A stretch of 41,470 nucleotides of DNA, from positions 1 to 41,470 of the IMG/VR virus record IMGVR_UViG_3300049139_000029. The stretch is one strand, 5' to 3'. Shown in pieces: positions 35,056 to 41,470 of the stretch. Source of the stretch: a virus. Taxonomy: Duplodnaviria > Caudoviricetes. A program made the position numbers and the translations under genes. The number at the start of each line of letters is the position of its first letter. Within the stretch, counting starts at the first letter, position 1. The notes beneath the pieces were generated by a model that saw only the letters and a program-made list of their open reading frames with translations, searched no databases and was not told the DNA's origin.

Positions 35056-35114
35056 GTCCGCTCATTCTAGCCGCCACATAAATCCGGCTTAGCAACTGAA
35101 TAGAGGAGGCCCCT

Positions 35115-36077
35115 GTGGGTTTGGAAGTGCTGACTGGGATGATCCCCGCAGGGCAGTCCCGCCTCCGTTTGGGCATGGTTGTCACCGTGGGTGGGGAGCG
35201 CAGGGTGAATGTGGATGGGAACGTCCTCCGCGCCACATGGGCGGACCCGCTCGTGGTTGATGACGGCGACCCGGTGGAGGTGTCCATCTACTCCGCCGGG
35301 GTCGGACAGTCCCGGGTTCATGTGACTGGGCGGACTACCTCGCAACCGCGGCCGAGGACTGGGACGGTGACGCAGGTCCCGGCCGGTTCCCCGACCATCA
35401 CGGTGCAAGCCAACGGGATCTCCTACCAGACGGAACCCGCGAACGGCCCCTACAACGTGGGGGATAAGGTGCATTTGGACTGGGGGGCAGGCGCACCCCG
35501 GGCTATGGGCAGGGTCGAGACGACCGCCACACCCAAACCCCCACCCACACCTCTACCACCACCGCCGCAGAAAGCGCAGACCGGGCAAGCCTCCGCCGCA
35601 GCGAGAAGCTCACGCACGTGGACGTCGAACGGTTGGGGCACGCACGCAGGCGACGGGGCGAAGGTCTACCAAGGCAGCTACGGCATCACAACAACCGGGG
35701 CATGGTTCTACGGGACCCCGTTCAAACACCTCGCTGGCAGGAAAATAAACCGGATCCAGTTCCGCACAGGCGACCGGCTCGCGGTCGGTAATCACAACGA
35801 CCCCGCGGTGTTTCACTTCTACGCGCACACGCACCCTTCCCAACCGGGCGGGGATACGAACCGTGTGGTCGGCCCGCACGACGTCACCATCCGACCCGGG
35901 CAAGCCCGCAAATGGATCGACCTGCCCCTCAGCTTCGCGGACACCCTCATCAACGGGGGCGGCATCGCCATACAAGGCGACCCGTACGCGGCGATGAAGG
36001 GCCGCACCTCAGCCACCCCCGACTCCGGGGCCATCCTCATCGACTGGGAAATCCCCGTCCTCACAGCCCAAGCTTAG
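35115..36077 (+). CDS. Minor tail protein
   Basis: GGAGG RBS; Pro linker; YQG, GAWFYG and GGIAI motifs. Confidence 0.7.
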   Translation: MGLEVLTGMIPAGQSRLRLGMVVTVGGERRVNVDGNVLRATWADPLVVDDGDPVEVSIYSAGVGQSRVHVTGRTTSQPRPRTGTVTQVPAGSPTITVQANGISYQTEPANGPYNVGDKVHLDWGAGAPRAMGRVETTATPKPPPTPLPPPPQKAQTGQASAAARSSRTWTSNGWGTHAGDGAKVYQGSYGITTTGAWFYGTPFKHLAGRKINRIQFRTGDRLAVGNHNDPAVFHFYAHTHPSQPGGDTNRVVGPHDVTIRPGQARKWIDLPLSFADTLINGGGIAIQGDPYAAMKGRTSATPDSGAILIDWEIPVLTAQA

Positions 36078-36085
36078 GAGCCCCC

Positions 36086-36565
36086 GTGCCAACAACACGT
36101 CAGAACGGTATCGAAACACCTGTCGGGTCCGACGCCTACGCCCTCACCACGGGCCTCGCGAAGATGGCGGACACCACGAACGCCGTCATCATCTGCGCGA
36201 ATGCCACCGCGAGGAACGCGCTCACCCCGCACGAGGGGATGATCGTGACCCGACTGGATCGGTCCGGTGCCCTCGAAGTGTATTTGAGTGGGGGTTGGCG
36301 GCTCGCGTCCCCGATCTCAACGTCAGGGTTCTACAACGTCAGCACCACATCCTCTACACCGTATGTGCCGAACACGATCACCCTCCCGTCCGGGTTGTTC
36401 AGTGTGAAGCCGAACGTTCAGGTGACCTGGGAAGCCGCGTCGGGGCTCCCGCCCCGGCTGCGTACGTTCAACGTCGGCACCGGCAGCTTCGGTGTGAACG
36501 TCATGTCAGACGTCGGCGAAGTCACCGGGACAGTCCATTGGACCGCCACACAGAACGTCGCCTAA
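36086..36565 (+). CDS. Minor tail/fibre protein
   Basis: AGGAG RBS; ARNAL...GMIV.RLD N-part; F...PNV...VHWTA lectin-like C-part. Confidence 0.65.
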   Translation: MPTTRQNGIETPVGSDAYALTTGLAKMADTTNAVIICANATARNALTPHEGMIVTRLDRSGALEVYLSGGWRLASPISTSGFYNVSTTSSTPYVPNTITLPSGLFSVKPNVQVTWEAASGLPPRLRTFNVGTGSFGVNVMSDVGEVTGTVHWTATQNVA

Positions 36566-36576
36566 CCAAAGTAGAC

Positions 36577-36672
36577 GTGGCCTCACCCTGCGGTAACAGG
36601 GCAAGGCCACTAGCCCGCACAGGGCACGAGACGAAACCGGGGTACGACTCATGCCTGCACAGGCTAACCGCA
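36577..36672 (+). other. Candidate structured RNA leader of the lysis cassette
   Basis: Two adjacent hairpins (36577-36610 and 36611-36666); TGCGGT in hairpin 1 is complementary to ACCGCA at 36667-36672. Confidence 0.4.
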
Positions 36673-36716
36673 TAGTACACACACTGGGTCGAACCATGAG
36701 CGGAAGGAGGTAACTC

Positions 36717-37172
36717 ATGAGACTCAAACGAAGCACGGAACACCACATCGCCCACCTTGTTTTTACGCGGCCTTTCGACTTCCTAATAGCGTTGGCGTGC
36801 ATCCTCACCGGGTTGAGGATCCTCATCGACCCCGGGTCGGCACCATCCAGCATCAGCGGGCTGCCCGACGTGATGACACTTACCTACCGGGTCATATTGC
36901 TGACGGCTGGCGTTCTCTTCATGGCCGGTCTGCTCAAAAGGACACCGTCAGCCATGGAACGGGCCGGGTTGTGGCTCGCCGCTTCAGCGTTCACCGCCTA
37001 TGGGGTGTCCGCGATCTTCGCCGGCGTCACACAAACGGCCACCCTGGCTATCATCCTCACCCTCTCCATCGGTGCTGCGTGCGCCCTCCGCGCCGTGGGT
37101 ATCGCCCGCGAATCGAAGGCAAGACTGCAAGCCCTCCAGGAGGCACCACGGAAGGCTGACACCGATGAGTGA
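36717..37172 (+). CDS. Four-TM membrane protein (lysis cassette)
   Basis: Four hydrophobic segments; strong GAAGGAGG RBS. Confidence 0.75.
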   Translation: MRLKRSTEHHIAHLVFTRPFDFLIALACILTGLRILIDPGSAPSSISGLPDVMTLTYRVILLTAGVLFMAGLLKRTPSAMERAGLWLAASAFTAYGVSAIFAGVTQTATLAIILTLSIGAACALRAVGIARESKARLQALQEAPRKADTDE

Positions 37173-37608
37173 AGCTGTGATGACGCTCATAGCGGTAGTG
37201 CTGGGCGGCGGGCTAATCGCCGCCCTTGTGTCCGTGTATAAAGCCCGTTCGGAGCGGCAGAAGATGGACGCCGAAACGGAAGCGGTCGGCGCGAAAACCC
37301 CCGCCGAAGTCGAGTCCATACAGATCACATCCATGGTCAACGCACTCAACGGCGCACGGGCCATCAACGACGACCTCCGCAAAGACAACGAAGCCCTCCG
37401 ACGTGAGTTCGACATCCTCAAGGAACGCTTCGACACGAGCGAGGAACACCGGGCCGAGGACAGCAAGACCTTACATAAAGAGCTCGACGGTATGCGTCGG
37501 GCATTGCGTGCGGCACAGGAGTACATCGAGGCGTGGATCGCGTGGGGGCAGCGCGTGGCACCGAATGAGCCGCAGCCGGAAGCTCCACCGGACTACCGAA
37601 GGATCTAA
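37165..37608 (+). CDS. Membrane-anchored coiled-coil protein (lysis cassette)
   Basis: LIAVVLGGGLIAALV TM, then a coiled coil and a Pro-rich tail. Confidence 0.75.
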   Translation: MSEAVMTLIAVVLGGGLIAALVSVYKARSERQKMDAETEAVGAKTPAEVESIQITSMVNALNGARAINDDLRKDNEALRREFDILKERFDTSEEHRAEDSKTLHKELDGMRRALRAAQEYIEAWIAWGQRVAPNEPQPEAPPDYRRI

Positions 37609-37612
37609 CGCC

Positions 37613-38233
37613 ATGGTATTCACACGACACCCCGTGGACAGCTACATCACCCAGCCATGGGGCGCCAACGCAACCGGCGGAGTAACACCCGACCCCAACG
37701 GGACACCCGTCCAGCAACTCGTCTACAACTACGGCAACTACCAGCCCTACGGGCATGACGGTATCGACTACGGCTGCCCGGTCGGCACACCCGTCTACGC
37801 CCCCGGTGACGGTGTCATCGAATACGCCGGGTGGGGCGAACACATGCCCGAACACATCGCCGTCAAATACGGGTTCGTGTACGGCCCGGGCGGTTGGCCG
37901 TCAGGGATCCTCACCTGCATGGACCACGGCGCCATCGGCTCATATGTGGCGCACAAGTCACGCTCCGACTGGGATGACCGGCTCGGCACATGGGTCAAGG
38001 GTGGGACCCTGCTCGGGCTGTCCGGGAACACCGGTCGTTCCGGTGGGCCTCACGTCCATTTCTCCGCGATCAAATGGCCCGTCAACTACAACCACGGCCT
38101 GTACTCGAGGGTGAACCCCTTGGACTACTTCACCACCGTTACACATGTGGATATCCGTCCGGGCGGTACAGGTGACCCGGCCACCACCGAAGCGCAACTC
38201 CTCATCCCCGGTGTTCCGGGCCTCTACGTCTAG
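37613..38233 (+). CDS. Endolysin, M23 peptidase
   Basis: HDGID (HxxxD), GTPVYAP.DG, Y.AH, SGNTGRS.GPHVH (HxH). Confidence 0.88.
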   Translation: MVFTRHPVDSYITQPWGANATGGVTPDPNGTPVQQLVYNYGNYQPYGHDGIDYGCPVGTPVYAPGDGVIEYAGWGEHMPEHIAVKYGFVYGPGGWPSGILTCMDHGAIGSYVAHKSRSDWDDRLGTWVKGGTLLGLSGNTGRSGGPHVHFSAIKWPVNYNHGLYSRVNPLDYFTTVTHVDIRPGGTGDPATTEAQLLIPGVPGLYV

Positions 38234-38241
38234 GAGCCATC

Positions 38242-38640
38242 ATGGCAATGACACCCAACGAACAGAAGTTCCATGCGATGGCCTCCGCTATCGCCGGCAT
38301 CCGGAACCACCTCCTGAACTACAGCATCGCCGACCCCGTACTCAAGCGGGCCGCCCGTGTGCGGGACTTCCTCACCAACCCCGGGCGGAACGTCTGGCAC
38401 GAACACAAGATCACCCGCGGCGGGAAAGAAACCGTCGCCATCCAGGTGCTCGCAAACACGGAAACCCTCGGCCTCGAGAACAAGGCGTCCATCGCCGCGC
38501 TCACCGCACTGGTTGGCCAGCTCGCGGCCGGTCAGGACGTCGATTACGAGCGGATCAAAGAGGACACGCGGCAAGTCCTCGCTGAGGGTGTCATCACTGC
38601 CGACGTGAACATCAACGTCAACCAGAAGGAGCAGGCATGA
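38242..38640 (+). CDS. Hypothetical lysis-cassette protein
   Basis: AGGAG RBS; amphipathic helical C-terminus. Confidence 0.7.
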   Translation: MAMTPNEQKFHAMASAIAGIRNHLLNYSIADPVLKRAARVRDFLTNPGRNVWHEHKITRGGKETVAIQVLANTETLGLENKASIAALTALVGQLAAGQDVDYERIKEDTRQVLAEGVITADVNINVNQKEQA

Positions 38641-38954
38641 CCACCACACCAGCACCAGCAACGCAGGCAGCACACCCGTGGCGGGCCACCCTCCGCACCG
38701 CCGTCGAAGTCGGCATCCCCGCGATCGTTGGCCTGCTGATCATCCTCCCGCAGATCATCCAGGCCATCCTCGACGGCATGGGCGAGACGATGCCACCGAG
38801 CCTGTACGCGTGGCTGGTGGCGGCGGCCGCGTTCATCACCGCCCTGGCCGCCACTCTCGCCCGTATCGCCGCGATCCCCGGCGTCGTGGAGTGGACGCGG
38901 AAGTATCTCGCGTTCCTCGCCCCGGATGACAAACCGGGCAGGCACGAAGCATGA
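38637..38954 (+). CDS. Holin
   Basis: TQAAHPWRATLRT, two TM helices, PGRH tail. Confidence 0.75.
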   Translation: MTTTPAPATQAAHPWRATLRTAVEVGIPAIVGLLIILPQIIQAILDGMGETMPPSLYAWLVAAAAFITALAATLARIAAIPGVVEWTRKYLAFLAPDDKPGRHEA

Positions 38955-39115
38955 GACCCGTCCTCCTCCCGGCCATCCTCGGGGCTGGCGCCCTCGCCGG
39001 TATGGCTGTGGGTGCTGCTGCTGGGTTCCTCGTGCAGTGGGAAGTCACCGACTGGCTCATCCGCCATTCCCCGTACAGGAACCACGCCAACGGGCACGTC
39101 TGGACCCGCGCATAA
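38951..39115 (+). CDS. Small membrane protein (54 aa, not in ORF track)
   Basis: MRPVLLPAILGAGALAGMAVGAAAGFLVQWEV...; ATGA overlap with the holin; ends at the terminator. Confidence 0.6.
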   Translation: MRPVLLPAILGAGALAGMAVGAAAGFLVQWEVTDWLIRHSPYRNHANGHVWTRA

Positions 39116-39153
39116 AAGAACCCCCACCTGCTTCGGCGGGTGGGGGTCCTTTG
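39114..39153. terminator. Bidirectional terminator between convergent units
   Basis: AAAAGA-ACCCCCACCTGC-ttcg-GCGGGTGGGGGT-CCTTT. Confidence 0.8.
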
Positions 39154-39158
39154 TCGTT

Positions 39159-39647
39159 CTACGGGCAGAGCGTGAACTGGGCTGCGTTCAGCGCCGCGTT
39201 GTAGTCCGCGACCTGTTCCTCCGTGGCCTCCGAGAACGCGTACGCGAACAACGCCTCACCATGCGACATGACCGTCAAATCGTCACACGCCCGGTATCCG
39301 AGTTGGATGGCTTCCTCATCGGTGCCCAACTGCTGGTGCGGCCCCTCCGGTAGCGTCTGGAGTTCCGTCTTGTACGCCTCGAGGAACTGTTCCTCCGGGT
39401 CGGCCACAGGGTTGACGTCGGGCGCCTCAGTGGGTGCGGTGAGGCCTTCCTTCACATCCTCCTCGCTGCTGGTCGTGGGTTCCTCACTCGGCTCCTCTGT
39501 CGGCTCCTGGGTGGGCTCGGCTTCCACTGTGGCCGGCGCGGTCGTCGCAGTGACCGTTTCTTCGCTGGCCGGCGGTGCAGCGTCCGGACCGCCTCCGCAC
39601 CCGGCGAGCAGGAATACGACGGCGATGATGGGCAGGACTTTCTTCAT
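39159..39647 (-). CDS. Lipoprotein (superinfection-exclusion candidate)
   Basis: MKKVLPIIAVVFLLAG|C lipobox, Thr/Glu/Pro linker, G..AC...A...LCP C-terminal domain; AAGGGGG RBS. Confidence 0.8.
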   Translation of the reverse strand: MKKVLPIIAVVFLLAGCGGGPDAAPPASEETVTATTAPATVEAEPTQEPTEEPSEEPTTSSEEDVKEGLTAPTEAPDVNPVADPEEQFLEAYKTELQTLPEGPHQQLGTDEEAIQLGYRACDDLTVMSHGEALFAYAFSEATEEQVADYNAALNAAQFTLCP

Positions 39648-39682
39648 GATGGTTCCCCCTTTGATTGGTGTACTGATTTGGA

Positions 39683-39706
39683 AGTAAACGTCCCGTAAAC
39701 GTCCCC
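39683..39706. repeat. Integrase arm-type sites, copy 1
   Basis: AGTAAACGTCCCGTAAACGTCCCC (tandem GTAAACGTCCC), identical to 39916-39939. Confidence 0.75.
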
Positions 39707-39754
39707 TAGCCCCAAAAGTGGGGGAGTTGCAGGGGTGTTGTTCCGCTTGTTTCC

Positions 39755-39792
39755 GGTGCCCCAGGTGGGACTCGAACCCACACTGTGAAGGT
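39755..39792 (-). other. attP core: 3' half of a tRNA (likely tRNA-Leu CAA type)
   Basis: The minus strand reads ACCTTC-ACAGT-GTGGG TTCGAGT CCCAC-CTGGGGC-ACC: anticodon 3' stem, variable loop, T-arm and acceptor strand. It lies downstream of the integrase. Confidence 0.85.
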
Positions 39793-39889
39793 GTGGCGTG
39801 CCATCCGAAATACTGTTCACTGTTGCCCTCTCTACCCCCTTTTAGGTCGATGTTTCCGCGGTTTGTGTGAGTAGTGACTTCACTGCCGG

Positions 39890-41128
39890 TCATCCTGTAT
39901 CGCCGTCCGTCACGGAGTAAACGTCCCGTAAACGTCCCCCAAAACGCTCCAATAAGTCAGTGGAATCCGGGACCGCTTTCGACCGCTCAATGTAGTGCTT
40001 CCGGGTCACCGTGTCGGAGGAATGCCCGAGCTGCCGGGACGCCCTCACACTGTCTGTCTCCCGCTCGATCAGGGTCGCCACCGTCTTACGGAACGACGAC
40101 GGGGTCACCCACCCGAACTCTTCCCCGCGGGCATCCGTCCACTGGCGCCGGAAGTTCCCCGGGTCGATCACCGTCCCCGCCCTCGACGGGAACACCAACC
40201 CCAACGGGTTGCGCTCCGGGTCGTTCGCCAAGTGCCGGCGGGCCAGCATCGCCGCAGCGAACCCCGGCAACGGGATCACCCTCGCCGACGTAACAGACTT
40301 CGGGAACCCCTGCCGGTGCAACCCCGACACACTCGTCCGCCGAACCGTCCCCGTCACCTCGATCGTCGGCGGGACCATCCGCAGTTCAACGTCCTCCCAC
40401 CGGAACGCCAACAACTCACCCGGGCGCACACCCGTAGCAATCAACAGGTCCACCTTGTCGATGAGGTCTTTGGAGCGGCGCGGACCCATGCGCCCGTCGT
40501 TGGACCACACCTCCACGTTCGCCCTCAACCTTGTGAACTCATCCAGGGACAGCGCCCGCGCCTGCCTCACCGGCCCTGTAGCCCGCATGAGGTCAGTGAC
40601 AGGGTTGACGGGGATCGCGTCATGCCGGACCGCCATCGCGAACATCAGCCGGAGCACCGTCCTACATGAGGGCACAGCACCCGGACCCCCAACCTTCCGC
40701 TTGTAGGTCCCTCGTGGGGTTTCCACGGTCTTTGTGTGCCCCGTCCGCACATCATTGAGGAAACCCTCCACCCTGCCAGGGGACACCTCCCACAACCTCA
40801 CCCGGCCAAGCTTCGGGAGAATATGGGTATCTAACACCATCCGGTACGTGTCACGGGTGCCGGGGGATTTATCCACAGTCAGGAACCACGCCTCCGCTAA
40901 CTGGGCGACGGTTTTCTCCGGCCCCAGCACCTCCGTGCCACGCCTCCCGCGCCGCTCAAGCTTCTCATCCAGTGCCGCTTTCGCCTTGGGTTTCGACGGG
41001 CCATACGCTTTCACTCTCCGGGTCACACCGTCCCGGTCACGGTAACGGCACAACACCATCCAACCCTCATCCGTGCGCGTGAACGACACAGCGCCGGCCT
41101 TACCTATGGGCAGTGGGGGACGCCCCAT
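39890..41128 (-). CDS. int: Tyrosine integrase
   Basis: TGVRPGE (R), PKS (K), SSFR (HxxR variant), LGHS, KHY. Confidence 0.93.
   Translation of the reverse strand: MGRPPLPIGKAGAVSFTRTDEGWMVLCRYRDRDGVTRRVKAYGPSKPKAKAALDEKLERRGRRGTEVLGPEKTVAQLAEAWFLTVDKSPGTRDTYRMVLDTHILPKLGRVRLWEVSPGRVEGFLNDVRTGHTKTVETPRGTYKRKVGGPGAVPSCRTVLRLMFAMAVRHDAIPVNPVTDLMRATGPVRQARALSLDEFTRLRANVEVWSNDGRMGPRRSKDLIDKVDLLIATGVRPGELLAFRWEDVELRMVPPTIEVTGTVRRTSVSGLHRQGFPKSVTSARVIPLPGFAAAMLARRHLANDPERNPLGLVFPSRAGTVIDPGNFRRQWTDARGEEFGWVTPSSFRKTVATLIERETDSVRASRQLGHSSDTVTRKHYIERSKAVPDSTDLLERFGGRLRDVYSVTDGDTG
39916..39939. repeat. Integrase arm-type sites, copy 2 (within the int 3' end)
   Basis: Identical 24-bp tandem repeat on the other side of the core. 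Confidence 0.75.
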
Positions 41129-41129
41129 C

Positions 41130-41470
41130 TCAACCCCACTTCCCGAAACCCTTGGGTTCCATCATTGCTAGTTTCTTGATGCACAACCGTTCCTCATCGG
41201 TGAGGGACTGGTAGAACGCGGCCACGTCGGACGGCATGACACCCATTTCCTTAGCGATCAGTCCCAGCCAGTTGATCTTCTTCGCCGTCGCTGCCAGCCT
41301 CGCCGGGTTGATCAGCGCCCTCGCCGCCCACTCCCTGGCTTCCCTCTCCGTCTCCGGGGTGCTGCCCTTGTGGTTGTGCACCGCGTGGCCGAGCTCGTGC
41401 GCCAGGACTGATCTCCTCCGGTCCGCAGCCAAACCCTCCAGCAGTGTTATCGTCCTCGTTCGAGGGTTCC
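41130..41470 (-). CDS. ImmA/IrrE-like metallopeptidase, 3' part (starts at 154 across the join)
   Basis: LAHELGH (HExxH) and ERE.AR..AA..LI motifs; between repressor and integrase. Confidence 0.88.
   Translation of the reverse strand, partial: NPRTRTITLLEGLAADRRRSVLAHELGHAVHNHKGSTPETEREAREWAARALINPARLAATAKKINWLGLIAKEMGVMPSDVAAFYQSLTDEERLCIKKLAMMEPKGFGKWG
41396..41470. repeat. Terminal direct repeat (identical to 1..75)
   Basis: Exact 75-bp match. Confidence 0.95.

Noticed and set aside
36577-36672. Assignment as a hammerhead or twister-sister ribozyme
   Set aside because: GACGAAAC lacks a CTGAnGA partner. GCAAGGCC/CTCA only superficially resembles twister-sister as I recall it, and the expected additional loop is not evident. 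Left unassigned pending a covariance-model search.
35115-36716. Diversity-generating retroelement acting on tail genes
   Set aside because: No reverse transcriptase and no TR/VR repeat pair were seen.
37226-37612. Long N-terminal extensions in the ORF track (e.g. 37226, 37000, 35912, 23615, 9502, 1414)
   Set aside because: They overlap upstream genes; downstream starts with an RBS or ATGA coupling fit better.
39755-39792. Complete tRNA gene
   Set aside because: Only the 3' half is present, with no D-arm or 5' acceptor strand. It is the attP core.

Overview
The window appears to be an entire ~41.4 kb temperate siphovirus-type phage of a GC-rich actinobacterium. The host is inferred from gene content and a tRNA-Leu(CAA)-like attP; a Micrococcaceae-like host is only a guess. 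The first 75 bp repeat the last 75 bp, and one gene (ImmA-like) reads through the join, so the contig is circular. Gene order: immunity (ImmA-like protease, double-HTH repressor, Cro, Xis-like), then recombination and replication (PD-(D/E)XK exonuclease, ERF, SSB, initiator with a putative internal origin, DnaB, RusA, two orphan methyltransferases, three HNH nucleases). A late promoter and terminator follow, then terminase, portal, minor capsid, scaffold, capsid, head-tail and tail genes (-1 frameshifted chaperone, tape measure with a metzincin motif). The genome ends with the lysis cassette, a lipoprotein, attP and a tyrosine integrase. The standout feature is in the minor capsid gene. It carries a 249-aa intein that begins with Ala, and its central region is unrecognisable on the sense strand. 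The opposite strand, entirely within the intein, encodes a 203-aa HTH + Vsr/DUF559-like nuclease, suggesting an intein whose homing endonuclease is a separate antisense gene. All product calls come from motifs and synteny read by eye; no database searches were run.
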